The position numbers and the translations under genes are program-made. From an uncultured virus (IMG/VR IMGVR_UViG_3300049576_000013) (lineage: Duplodnaviria > Heunggongvirae > Uroviricota > Caudoviricetes), in IMG/VR virus record IMGVR_UViG_3300049576_000013: DNA of 20,000 bases. The stretch is one strand, 5' to 3'. Within the stretch, counting starts at the first letter, position 1. The number at the start of each line of letters is the position of its first letter. The notes under the pieces were generated by a model that worked only from the letters and a program-made list of their open reading frames with translations, did no database searches and was not told where the DNA came from. This document shows, in pieces, positions 9,162-17,869 of this stretch.

Positions 9162-9614
9162 TGACAGGTCACGTTCCCCTGACCTGTCACATCCGCCCCA
9201 CCCTCTTCGATCCTGCCCGGATCCGACAACCCATACCCACCCCGTATCGAGCCCGACAACTCCGACTATCCGGCTCACCTCGCCACGACCTCTCTACCCA
9301 GCCCAGTTCGACTGCCCGACGCTGGCCCCCTCGTTCCAGCTCCTTAACGACACGCCGGACCACATCTGACCCGGCCGATTGACCGACCGCACCACACCAG
9401 TCCTCTTCGACGTCTCAGGCCGTTTCCACTCAGGCCGACATACCCACTCCGCCCAACTCACCTCGATTGACTTGCCAGTTCACGTCGCCCCGTCGCCCGG
9501 CCGACATGTCATCTCGCTCCAACTCAGACCGGAACAGGCCCGACGCACCAGCCCCACCCCCTCCAATCCGATCCGACAGCTCATGCCCACCCGCGCCCAC
9601 TCAATACAAACGAC
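9162..9614 (+). repeat. Non-coding array with 5-nt periodicity: 14 units of YGAC-NNN-(YCNNN)n-N0-2
   Basis: YGAC anchors at 9162, 9180, 9224, 9263, 9286, 9309, 9348, 9380, 9408, 9436, 9468, 9502, 9541, 9574 and 9611. By manual parse, 65 of 67 pentamers have C at position 2 and 60 of 67 have a pyrimidine at position 1. Confidence 0.85.
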
Positions 9615-11028
9615 TAAGGTCATACGCACTCTGGTCCATATGCAACTCGTAGCGGCTCGGATCACCGAGCCGCATTTTTTTGCGCTCACCAGACATGAGA
9701 TGGATCGAGGCGTGGACGAGGGCGTCCATCCGGTCGGGACTCTCCCGAGTAGACGTGGGGTCATAGAGAACCATCTGATTCTCCAGTTCATCCCAGGTGC
9801 CCACCATGTGCAGGCGCCCTTGCTCTGAGCGCATAGCCACTGGTTCAGCTCGTGTCTTCTTGCCGTGCTTGGCGTGTACCGGCTTCATCGGTGGCGTGGT
9901 ACCGCGCGGGAACATCCCCAGCTCCACGCACTCCTGATAGGCGTCTTGAAGCACCTCGTGGAGGTACCGCTTCCCTAGGTTCTCCTCATATACCAGGATG
10001 TCGGCGGCGAACTCAGCCACCGCCCGCCAGGCAGCCAGAGCCGCTGCTCGTCCTGACTCACTGACAGTTCGATCGGCCAGGACGTAGTGGTGATTGTCCT
10101 TGTCCCGGCCCACCACCACGATGCCGGTCTGGGCATCTTCACCGGTCAGGTTGGGGTCCATTCCGACCACGGTGGAGATCAGCACCTCGGGCACTGTGTT
10201 GAGCCGATACTTAACCAGGTCCATGCGCCGGAACAGTCCACCGCCGGTCAGCTCCAGTAGCTTGCCGTACAGCTCCTGCTCGCCCAGCGCCGTGCCGGCG
10301 TAGCGGATCTTCAGCTCGGCCAGGGCGTGCTTGGACAAGTTGACTGCGTTGTCGAAGGTCGAGCCAGTGATGATATGAATGGTGCCGTCATCCCGGGCCA
10401 ACCACTCCATCAGGAGTTTGATCGGTTTCGGTGTGGTGGTGACGAAAGCACGGGGGTGGTCGTTGATCAAGTCAGCTCTGAGGGCTGGCAGCAGGCCCTC
10501 ATACCAGGTCTCGTAGGGCTTGACCCACTTCGCCATCTCGTCACAGAGCACACCTGCGGCGTTGTACCCACGTCCCGTATCTGGATCATCCGCCCCCTCC
10601 AAGTAGATCTTGGAGCCGTCAGGGAACAGGACCATGGGGCGAGGACTCTGCTTGTAACGGTGATCGATGCGGCGCCGCTGAAGAACGTTCAGGATCCCAC
10701 TGGGACCTTCGGCATTGATGGTGCGGGCATCGGCCAAGGTGTCGGCGACCACCAACCACTCCGTGGGCACACCAGACCGGTCATAGGGGTGGCGGAGGAC
10801 TCGGTCTACAACCCATTCGGACCCAGCCCTGGACTTCCCAGCCCCTCGGCCAGCCATGTAGAGGTAGACCAACTCGTCACCCTCGGGCGGTATCTGCTCC
10901 GGCCGGGCGACGTACCACCATTCTCCCCGGTTCATTTCCATGAGCGCTTGTTCAGGGAGTCGACTGATGAACTCGACCCGCTCGGAGACAGGGAGCATGG
11001 CCAGCCGCTGCTTCATGGACAGGCCCAT
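9601..11028 (-). CDS. terL: Terminase large subunit
   Basis: Walker A AGRGAGKS, Walker B VLCDE, TTTP coupling motif, RNase H-like nuclease VVGMDP...ESPDRMDA. Likely start is ATG 11028 (or 11037); the ORF-track extension to 11415 overlaps the divergent gene. Confidence 0.93.
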   Translation of the reverse strand: MGLSMKQRLAMLPVSERVEFISRLPEQALMEMNRGEWWYVARPEQIPPEGDELVYLYMAGRGAGKSRAGSEWVVDRVLRHPYDRSGVPTEWLVVADTLADARTINAEGPSGILNVLQRRRIDHRYKQSPRPMVLFPDGSKIYLEGADDPDTGRGYNAAGVLCDEMAKWVKPYETWYEGLLPALRADLINDHPRAFVTTTPKPIKLLMEWLARDDGTIHIITGSTFDNAVNLSKHALAELKIRYAGTALGEQELYGKLLELTGGGLFRRMDLVKYRLNTVPEVLISTVVGMDPNLTGEDAQTGIVVVGRDKDNHHYVLADRTVSESGRAAALAAWRAVAEFAADILVYEENLGKRYLHEVLQDAYQECVELGMFPRGTTPPMKPVHAKHGKKTRAEPVAMRSEQGRLHMVGTWDELENQMVLYDPTSTRESPDRMDALVHASIHLMSGERKKMRLGDPSRYELHMDQSAYDLSRLY

Positions 11029-11145
11029 GGCGATCATGTTAAGCCGATTCTTGTCAGCCCCCCCCTCTAGGCTCTGTCTCGGTGGGTCAGGGAGGGCTAC
11101 CCTGTTGGGCATCTCCCCTCGGATCTGCCAGGAAGAAGGACTGCC

Positions 11146-11562
11146 TTGTCGCAATCGGACATCGAACTGGGGCGCGAAGTGGTGCGGTCCGGGAAGCTCC
11201 AGGAGCTCCGATCGCAGCTGGGACTGAGCCGCAACGCCATGGCGGAACTGCTTCACACCGCTGCCCTGACCTACACGTCCTGGGAGAAGCGGCCAGAGAC
11301 CAACCTGTGGCCGAGCACTGCCGAGAAGGTGGGTCGCTTCTACCGAGTGGCCACGGAGGAGATCTTGCTGATGACTCAAGCCGGTCTCAAGGTGAACGAA
11401 CTGATGCCGTTCCATCTAGTGGCCACCCAGCTAGGACTGCCTCAGGAGACCCTGTTCGGAATGTACCGAGATGGACTAATTGAGGCCGTGGACGGAGGGA
11501 TTCTGGGGCTGTGGGTGGAGCGGGAGCAGTTGGAGCGCTACCGAGCGGGCGTGTGGACCTGA
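11146..11562 (+). CDS. Helix-turn-helix DNA-binding protein (XRE-like N-terminal HTH plus a second HTH-like segment)
   Basis: LQELRSQLGLSRNAMAELL...TYTSWE is an XRE pattern; second segment is MPFHLVATQLGLPQETL. TTG start with GAAGGA RBS. Confidence 0.8.
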   Translation: MSQSDIELGREVVRSGKLQELRSQLGLSRNAMAELLHTAALTYTSWEKRPETNLWPSTAEKVGRFYRVATEEILLMTQAGLKVNELMPFHLVATQLGLPQETLFGMYRDGLIEAVDGGILGLWVEREQLERYRAGVWT

Positions 11563-12338
11563 CCTTCACGGAGCTGGGGGACGACGTACCGAGGGACCCG
11601 TTCGCTGACATGATCAAGGCCGAGCTGCTGGAAATCATCAAGTGGGCGGATCGGCAAAACCCCCGGGCCCAGCAGAAGCTACCCGGCCCCTCCGAACTAG
11701 GTGACCCGTGTGACCGCCGGCTTGGTTACCGCCTGGCCGATGTGCCCGCCGTCAACACGGAGTTCGACCCGTGGGCAGCGATCGTCGGCACCGCCGTCCA
11801 CTCCTGGCTGGAGTCAGCTTTCCAGGCGTGGATGGCTGGGCCAGGGGCTCCGCTGTGGTCCACCGAGACGGAGCTGTGGATCGACGACTTCGTCCTGGGA
11901 CACTCCGATTTGTACAGTCACGAGTATCGGGCCGTCATCGACTGGAAGGGTGTCGGCCCCGATGTGATGAAGAAGTTCCGCAAGGAAGGGCCGCCCGAGG
12001 GGTACAAGATCCAGACACACCTGTACGGGTATGGCTACCAGCGGAGGGGTTTCCCGGTCGAGCGGGTGGTGTTAGCCTGCTTCCCTCGGGCCGGTTGGAT
12101 CAAAGACATGTACGTCTGGGCCGACCACTACGATCCCAGCATCGCCGAGGCAGCGCTGTCCAGAATGTACAAAATCGCACAGGATCTTGTCTCCTTGGAC
12201 ATATTGAAGGAGAGCCATGGGCACCGGTGGGAGCAGCTTCCCGCAACCCCGAGCAACAGCTGCGCCTGGTGCCCGCTCTACGATCCTGGCCGTGACCTCG
12301 AACGGGGCGCGGACGCTACGGGCTGCCCGGGGAGGTGA
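11553..12338 (+). CDS. Cas4-like / PD-(D/E)XK exonuclease with Fe-S cysteines
   Basis: PSELGDPCDRR, GTAVH, GHSDL...VIDWK, QTHLY, CAWCP...C. Start placed at GTG 11553, overlapping the HTH gene end (inferred). Confidence 0.85.
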   Translation: MDLTFTELGDDVPRDPFADMIKAELLEIIKWADRQNPRAQQKLPGPSELGDPCDRRLGYRLADVPAVNTEFDPWAAIVGTAVHSWLESAFQAWMAGPGAPLWSTETELWIDDFVLGHSDLYSHEYRAVIDWKGVGPDVMKKFRKEGPPEGYKIQTHLYGYGYQRRGFPVERVVLACFPRAGWIKDMYVWADHYDPSIAEAALSRMYKIAQDLVSLDILKESHGHRWEQLPATPSNSCAWCPLYDPGRDLERGADATGCPGR

Positions 12339-12340
12339 AC

Positions 12341-12550
12341 ATGACGCAGGGAACTGAGGAGTGGTACGTCGCGATGGCCGACGCCATCAAGGCCCGGGAG
12401 CGCGCTGAGCTCGGGATCAAGCGTTGGCAGGAGAAGCTGGACGAGGCCGAGGCCACCATCGCGGATCTGGCCAGCGAGGCACGGGAGGAGATCCCGACTA
12501 CCGCAAATGTGACAGTCGACGCACAGGAGCAGGCACCAGCACAGGAATAG
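12341..12550 (+). CDS. Small acidic coiled-coil hypothetical protein
   Basis: GGAGGTG RBS before ATG 12341; fills the operon gap. Confidence 0.7.
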   Translation: MTQGTEEWYVAMADAIKARERAELGIKRWQEKLDEAEATIADLASEAREEIPTTANVTVDAQEQAPAQE

Positions 12551-12562
12551 GAGCAAGGGAAC

Positions 12563-13207
12563 ATGTTCGACGAACCGGACTCTGGCGGATCAGGCGGGCG
12601 ACTGCGCCCAGCGGACTGTGTCGGTCACCTGCTGTTGGTGTGGGTGATCGACTACATCGAGCACTCGCCCACCCAGTTCACGCAGCCGGGCAAGCCCAGC
12701 GACGCGGTAGTGGTGGACGTGGTGGACCTGGACATGGTGGGTGACGATGGTCAGCCCGGCATGCTGGTCCGCAAGGAATGGTGGCGCCCGGGGCGACTGG
12801 TGCGTGACCTGAAGGGGCGGGTGGGCCGGCCCAACCCGATGCTGCTCCAAATGACTCGGGGAATGGCCTCCCCGGGCAAGCAGGCCCCGTTCGAAGTTGT
12901 CTCCATGCTTGGCTCTCCGCAGGCAGTTCAGCGGGGCGAGGCGTGGCGCCTGGCCCATCAGGACTTCGTGCCGTCGAAGCCTGACCCGATGCCGAGCTAC
13001 CAGCAGCCTGTCGTCGTGCCCTACGAGCAGCAGCAGTCTGCACAGAGCTGGGTGCCGGCCTCCCCTCAACCGCCGCAGCAGACACTGCCGCCGCCCCCGG
13101 CTCAAATGAGCCATGATCAGCGCGCCACGATGCTGGAGCGGCTGGCGCTACAGGCACAGCAGGGGCGGGATCGTCTCCCCCGCCAGGAAGAGGAACCACC
13201 GTTCTGA
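12563..13207 (+). CDS. Probable ssDNA-binding protein
   Basis: Beta-rich N-terminal domain, Q/P-rich linker, acidic EEEPPF tail typical of SSBs. Located between the exonuclease and primase. Confidence 0.6.
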   Translation: MFDEPDSGGSGGRLRPADCVGHLLLVWVIDYIEHSPTQFTQPGKPSDAVVVDVVDLDMVGDDGQPGMLVRKEWWRPGRLVRDLKGRVGRPNPMLLQMTRGMASPGKQAPFEVVSMLGSPQAVQRGEAWRLAHQDFVPSKPDPMPSYQQPVVVPYEQQQSAQSWVPASPQPPQQTLPPPPAQMSHDQRATMLERLALQAQQGRDRLPRQEEEPPF

Positions 13208-13217
13208 TCAACAGAAA

Positions 13218-13256
13218 GTGACGGGGCCCCCGACCTACCTCCAGGGGCCCCGTCGC
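13218..13256 (+). terminator. Stem-loop downstream of the SSB-like gene
   Basis: GACGGGGCCCC...GGGGCCCCGTC 11-bp inverted repeat; no U-tract. Confidence 0.5.
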
Positions 13257-13280
13257 ACCATCCAACACAGAGGAGAATCC

Positions 13281-13409
13281 ATGCTGCGCCGATCGTACGG
13301 TATGTGCGGTAGCGAGCTGCGGACCCTCTTGCAGAAGATGGTTGAGCCCTCTGGCCTCCCGCGCCTAGTGGGCGCAGAATGTCAACACCAGGTACCAGCT
13401 GACTGCTGA
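13281..13409 (+). CDS. Possible 42-aa small protein
   Basis: AGGAG RBS 5 nt before the ATG; no recognisable motif. Confidence 0.3.
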   Translation: MLRRSYGMCGSELRTLLQKMVEPSGLPRLVGAECQHQVPADC

Positions 13410-13449
13410 CGCCGGCCAGAGGGCTCCCTCCACCAACAAAGGAGATGTA

Positions 13450-15885
13450 GTGACCATAGCAGATGTGGCACGACAGTGGCAGGCCAGCGGCGTCTCGGTC
13501 GTGCCCATCCTGGCCAACGGCACCAAGCGGGCGGCCGTGGAGTGGGCCGCCTACCAAGCCCAGCCGCCCACCCTGGACCAGGTCAACGAGTGGTGGGGCA
13601 ACGGTCGCAGTTACGGCCTGGCCCTGATCTGCGGTGCCGTGTCAGGCAACCTGGAGATGCTGGAACTGGAGGGACGAGCCACTGGTGGTAACGCCCTCTC
13701 GGTCATCTCGGCCACCATCGCCGACACGGAACTGGCCGACCTGTGGGACTGGTTGACCGGCCCCAGTGGCTACATGGAGTGGACCCCCAGCGGCGGGATC
13801 CATCTGCTGTACCGAATCAGTGACCACCCGGTACCGCCGAACACGAAGATTGCCCGCAACGAGCTCAACGAAGTCCTAGCCGAGACGCGTGGCGAAGGTG
13901 GCTACGTCGTCGTAGCCCCCACTACTGGCCTGTGTCACCCCAGCGGGGAGGCGTGGCAGTTGCTGGCTGGCGAGTACGGTCACCTCCCGGTGATCACCTG
14001 GGACCAGCGGGAACTGTTGCACGCAGCCATTAAGCTGGCCCTCGACTGTGCCCCAGCTCCCGTAGAGCGCCCCCCTGCGCCGGCACCTCTCCCCCGAATC
14101 AACGGCGCGGGGGGGTCTACGCCCGGTGACGAATTCGAGGCGTCCACCGACTGGGCGGAGATCCTGGTACCGCACGGCTGGACGCTGGAGTCGCGGCGGG
14201 GCATGGAGCGGCACTGGACGCGGCCAGGCAAGGAACGGCGGGAGGGGAGCTCAGCCACTACCGGGCGAGCCCAGGATCGGGATCGTCTCTACGTCTTCAG
14301 CACCTCGACGATCTTCGACAACGAGGTCCCGTACACCAAGTTCGGCGCGTACGCGCTACTGAACCACAATGGTGATCACGCTGCGGCGGCTCGGGAGTTG
14401 CGTCGACAGGGCTTCGGCTCCTCGGTAGCCCCAGCCTCCCTAGGGGAGATTGCCCTCTCCTCCGAGGAATCTAGCGAAATCCCCCCAAAGCCGGCATATG
14501 ACTTCAATGACTCAGGCAATGCGCACCATTTGCACGATCGGATAAAAGGTACATATCACTGGGTGCCTGAGACCAAGGACTTCCGCCACTGGGACGGCAA
14601 AGTGTGGTCACAGGACAAGCACCAAACCATCCTGGCCACCGCCACGACCATGACCCAGGAGTTCCGCGATCAGGCTGGCCTGGACGGGGACGAGAAGGCG
14701 GCCAAGTGGTGGATCCGGTCAGGGAACCGGGATCCGTTGCAGGCCATGGTGCGGCTACTCCAGTTCCGGCCCGGGATGTCGGTGTCAGCCAACGAGTTCG
14801 ATGTGAATCGACACCTTGTGACCGTCCAGAATGGAACCCTCGACCTGGACACTGGCGAACTACTCCCCCACGATCCTCGCCACCTGCTCACGAAGGCGAT
14901 GGCAGCCAACTTCCGGCCCGGGGCGGAGTGTCCTGAGTTTGAGAAGTTCATGGAGCGTGTGATCCCCGACGCCGGCATGCGTGCGTATGTACAGAGGTCC
15001 CTCGGCTACACGCTTCTAGGCGACGCTGACCAGCGAGCCATGTTTCTCGTGTACGGACCCTCGGGGACCGGGAAATCTACCCTAATGAGCATTATGTCCG
15101 AAGTGTTCGGCGACTATGCAGGGACTGCGCCCAGCGGCACACTACGGGCACAGGTACGCGAGCAGGGTCCATCGAATGATTTGCACTCACTTCGGGGGCG
15201 CCGGTTCGTATCCACCAGCGAGACCAACGAGGGCACGCTCTACAACGAGGATCTGATCAAGCGCCTCACCGGCCGGGACCGGGTAGTGAGCCGGGATCTG
15301 TATGAGAAGAACCAGGAGTGGACGCCCGTCTGCACACTGTGGCTGGCTACGAACCATCCGCCTCGGTTCACTACCGACGACGACGCCATCTGGCGCCGGA
15401 TCAAGCTGATCCCCTTCAACACGGTCCTGGTGGGCGACGGCGAGGTTCATGACTTCGCTCGCTCGGTCCTGGCCGAGGAGCGGGACGGCATCCTGAACTG
15501 GCTTCTGGCTGGCCTCCAGGACTTCCGGGCCAATGGCCTGGGTGAGCCACCGGCCATCGTGGAGGCGGTGCAAGAGCAGCGGTTGCAGTCAGACCCAGTG
15601 GCCCAGTTCCTGGCAGACAAGCTGGAGGACGGGATGCTGGTCCTTGGCCAGGAGCACACGATCAAGATCACTGACCTGTACTCGATCTTCACCGAGTGGG
15701 CTCGGCAGGTCGGTGAACGAGCCATGGGCAGTCGTCGGTTCAACCAACGAATGCGAACCAGGGACTTGGACGTGAGCATGGTCCGGACTGGGCAGATGAT
15801 GTACTGGTCGGGGATCGGGCGAGCCCCAGGGGCCTCGCTCTTGGGCACGATGCAGACCGGGTGGGGGTTGCCGCAGATCGAGTAG
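13450..15885 (+). CDS. Bifunctional primase/polymerase (Prim-Pol) fused to D5-like/P4-family SF3 helicase
   Basis: N-terminal GVSVVPI...K...W, LALICGAVSG, TPSGGIHLLY, ETRGEGGYVVVAP. D5_N-like segment NDSGNA...WDGKVW. Walker A GPSGTGKS, SET, IKRLTG, ATNHPP, AIWRR. GGAG RBS before the GTG. Confidence 0.93.
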   Translation: MTIADVARQWQASGVSVVPILANGTKRAAVEWAAYQAQPPTLDQVNEWWGNGRSYGLALICGAVSGNLEMLELEGRATGGNALSVISATIADTELADLWDWLTGPSGYMEWTPSGGIHLLYRISDHPVPPNTKIARNELNEVLAETRGEGGYVVVAPTTGLCHPSGEAWQLLAGEYGHLPVITWDQRELLHAAIKLALDCAPAPVERPPAPAPLPRINGAGGSTPGDEFEASTDWAEILVPHGWTLESRRGMERHWTRPGKERREGSSATTGRAQDRDRLYVFSTSTIFDNEVPYTKFGAYALLNHNGDHAAAARELRRQGFGSSVAPASLGEIALSSEESSEIPPKPAYDFNDSGNAHHLHDRIKGTYHWVPETKDFRHWDGKVWSQDKHQTILATATTMTQEFRDQAGLDGDEKAAKWWIRSGNRDPLQAMVRLLQFRPGMSVSANEFDVNRHLVTVQNGTLDLDTGELLPHDPRHLLTKAMAANFRPGAECPEFEKFMERVIPDAGMRAYVQRSLGYTLLGDADQRAMFLVYGPSGTGKSTLMSIMSEVFGDYAGTAPSGTLRAQVREQGPSNDLHSLRGRRFVSTSETNEGTLYNEDLIKRLTGRDRVVSRDLYEKNQEWTPVCTLWLATNHPPRFTTDDDAIWRRIKLIPFNTVLVGDGEVHDFARSVLAEERDGILNWLLAGLQDFRANGLGEPPAIVEAVQEQRLQSDPVAQFLADKLEDGMLVLGQEHTIKITDLYSIFTEWARQVGERAMGSRRFNQRMRTRDLDVSMVRTGQMMYWSGIGRAPGASLLGTMQTGWGLPQIE

Positions 15886-15888
15886 GAC

Positions 15889-15916
15889 TTGCACCTACCC
15901 CTCCCTGTGCTACTGT
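15889..15916 (+). promoter_or_regulatory. Sigma70-type promoter for the ParB-like pair
   Basis: TTGCAC-16 bp-TACTGT with extended -10 TG. The first 15 nt of the spacer (CTACCCCTCCCTGTG) are identical to the promoter at 18941-18968. Confidence 0.65.
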
Positions 15917-15949
15917 GGGGCTACATCACCCATACAGAGGGGAGGTTGA

Positions 15950-16747
15950 GTGACCTTCATAAACATCGACGCGATCATGACCAGCCGCAAGCTGGAACCT
16001 GGCGATGACGTGTCTGAGCTGGCGAAGCACATCAGCAACAGTGGCCTCCAGTTCCCGGTACTGATCGATCGCGGACACAACCTTATCGACGGGCTTCGTC
16101 GTATCGAGGCTCATCGCCTGCTGGGTCGCACGCAGATCGAGGCACTGGAAATAGCCAACTCGCTGGAGCTTATGCCGCACCTGCGTGCGGTTAAGCAGCA
16201 TGGCCACCTCGCCATCAATCATCAGACCTACGAGCGCAAGTGGGCGCTCTACCAGTCCGTGATGTCCCTGTACGGGGCGACCAGGTCCCTGCTGACCAGG
16301 GGGCAATCTAGCAACCTGAGAGGACGGGGCGCCAAATTCTCGGTCACTAGTGACATAGCCGAGGTCCTGGATCTCAGCAACCCCACTTTGCACGCGTTCG
16401 TTGCGCTCTTTCGCATGCGTGACAAGCCCCAACTTAACCAGGAGAAGGTTGAAACTGCCATCGCCATGCTGGAGAACGGCGAGCTGACCGTCCACGCCGC
16501 CCTTGGACGGATGCGACGCGGGTTAATCCCGCGTGGCCACGTCAACAACCTGGCTGAGCAGCGACAGGCGTTGCAGTCCATCTCGGCATCGCTGGGTGGA
16601 CTTGGGCATGTCCTCAACCAGATGGGACGGCTGAACCCTCGGCTGTCTCGCGAGGAGGTGGAGGCTCACCTCGACAGCATGCGACAGTTCCAGACCACAC
16701 TACGCAGATTCGTGAAAACCTACACAGAGGAGAACAAAAACCGATGA
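15950..16747 (+). CDS. ParB-like N-terminal domain protein
   Basis: ELAKHISNSGLQFPVLID...LIDGLRRIEA ParB/Srx motif; GGGGAGG RBS. Confidence 0.8.
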   Translation: MTFINIDAIMTSRKLEPGDDVSELAKHISNSGLQFPVLIDRGHNLIDGLRRIEAHRLLGRTQIEALEIANSLELMPHLRAVKQHGHLAINHQTYERKWALYQSVMSLYGATRSLLTRGQSSNLRGRGAKFSVTSDIAEVLDLSNPTLHAFVALFRMRDKPQLNQEKVETAIAMLENGELTVHAALGRMRRGLIPRGHVNNLAEQRQALQSISASLGGLGHVLNQMGRLNPRLSREEVEAHLDSMRQFQTTLRRFVKTYTEENKNR

Positions 16748-17577
16748 CTGATCAGGTGCCTACGGTGCTGGCGGACAAGCCTTACACCACCGAGGATGTT
16801 CCAGTCAACAAGCTCGATGTGGACCGCCGCGTGCAGCGAGAAGTGCTGAAGGAGCGCAAGGTCCAAACCATCGTCAAGGAGTTCAACCCCGCAGCGTTCG
16901 GCATCATCACCGTTTCGCGTCGCAGGGATGGTGGGATGTACATCGTCGATGGGTGGCACCGAGTGGAAGCCATGCGCCGACTCACTGACAACGAAGGCTC
17001 CGTCCCGTGCCATGTCTTCGACGGCCTCTCCATCGAAGAGGAGGCATCCGTCTTCCTTGACGGCAACTTCCGGGAGACGCCCAACAAGATGGACAAGTTC
17101 AAGGTCCGTCTGACCAAGGGCGAGCCGAAGGCGACCAAGATCGATCAGCTCACCAAGGCGTACGAGTGGCAGATCAGTGCCACCCCGACCAACGGCAACA
17201 TCGCCGCCATCGGTGCCCTGGAGCGGCTGTACGACCTCTCCGAGCGCTTGGAGATGGAGCCGCACCTGATCCAGATCGTGCTCATCACCATCACCAGGGC
17301 GTGGGGTCACGAGCGGCAGGGTGCCCAGTCGGTACTGCTGGAGGGTCTGGGTCGGCTGTGGGCCGCGTACACGTCGAAGATCAGCCTGGACCGTCTGGTC
17401 GAGACCCTGCGCAACTACCCGGACGGGCCGCACGGCCTGCACCTGGCCGCCTCCCAGGCGTCCCGGGCACGGGGCCTGAAGGTCCCCATGGCGGTGGCGG
17501 ACATCGTCACCGAGCGGTACAACAAGGGCCTCGGTGCCAACAGTCGGCAGCGGCTGCCGATCTGGAACCAGCGGTAA
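16744..17577 (+). CDS. ParB-like nuclease-fold protein (DUF6551-like)
   Basis: LDVDRRVQR...FGIITVSRR...YIVDGWHRVEA...EEEASVF..N pattern; ATGA coupling to the upstream gene. Confidence 0.8.
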   Translation: MTDQVPTVLADKPYTTEDVPVNKLDVDRRVQREVLKERKVQTIVKEFNPAAFGIITVSRRRDGGMYIVDGWHRVEAMRRLTDNEGSVPCHVFDGLSIEEEASVFLDGNFRETPNKMDKFKVRLTKGEPKATKIDQLTKAYEWQISATPTNGNIAAIGALERLYDLSERLEMEPHLIQIVLITITRAWGHERQGAQSVLLEGLGRLWAAYTSKISLDRLVETLRNYPDGPHGLHLAASQASRARGLKVPMAVADIVTERYNKGLGANSRQRLPIWNQR

Positions 17578-17819
17578 TGGCCCAGCTACCCGGCGGGGAT
17601 TGGCTCATCCAGCAGACCGATGGGGTGGTCCGCCTGTTTCATCGCTACACCGAGGAACTGATCGTGGAGTTCGAGGCTGGTTACGACGACGCCGTTGCCA
17701 AGGCCCAGGCCACCATCCACGCCAGTGATCGACTGACCGAGGAGCAGAAGTGCTTCGCCCATTTCTGGTCCGGCTACTTCTACGCACATGCCACCGCTGC
17801 CACGATGGTGATCCGCTGA
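17577..17819 (+). CDS. Hypothetical protein (80 aa, MAQLPGGDWLIQQ...)
   Basis: TAATG coupling with the upstream stop; ends just before the terminator. Confidence 0.7.
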   Translation: MAQLPGGDWLIQQTDGVVRLFHRYTEELIVEFEAGYDDAVAKAQATIHASDRLTEEQKCFAHFWSGYFYAHATAATMVIR

Positions 17820-17820
17820 C

Positions 17821-17869
17821 GACACACAGAAGCCCCCTACCTGGATCAGGTAGGGGGCTTCTGTGTGTC
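17821..17869. terminator. Bidirectional terminator
   Basis: Perfect 23-bp inverted repeat GACACACAGAAGCCCCCTACCTG-gat-CAGGTAGGGGGCTTCTGTGTGTC, filling the gap between convergent stop codons. Confidence 0.9.

Noticed and set aside
9162..9614. CRISPR array
   Set aside because: No 23-47 bp conserved direct repeat; the only constant elements are 4-nt anchors and periodic single bases.
9124..9828. ORFs 9124-9369 and 9379-9828 (+)
   Set aside because: Pro/Thr/Ser-rich by-products of the C-rich array, which has period 5 rather than 3; no RBS, and the second overlaps terL.
11038..11415. N-terminal extension of terminase in the ORF track
   Set aside because: Overlaps the well-supported divergent HTH gene.
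11553..12338. Cas4 as evidence of a CRISPR-Cas locus
   Set aside because: Stand-alone Cas4-like exonucleases are routine in actinophage replication modules; no cas1, cas2 or effector genes are present.
17166..17576. 5' part of the 217-aa ORF 17166-17819
   Set aside because: Out-of-frame overlap with the ParB-like gene; the likely real start is ATG 17577.
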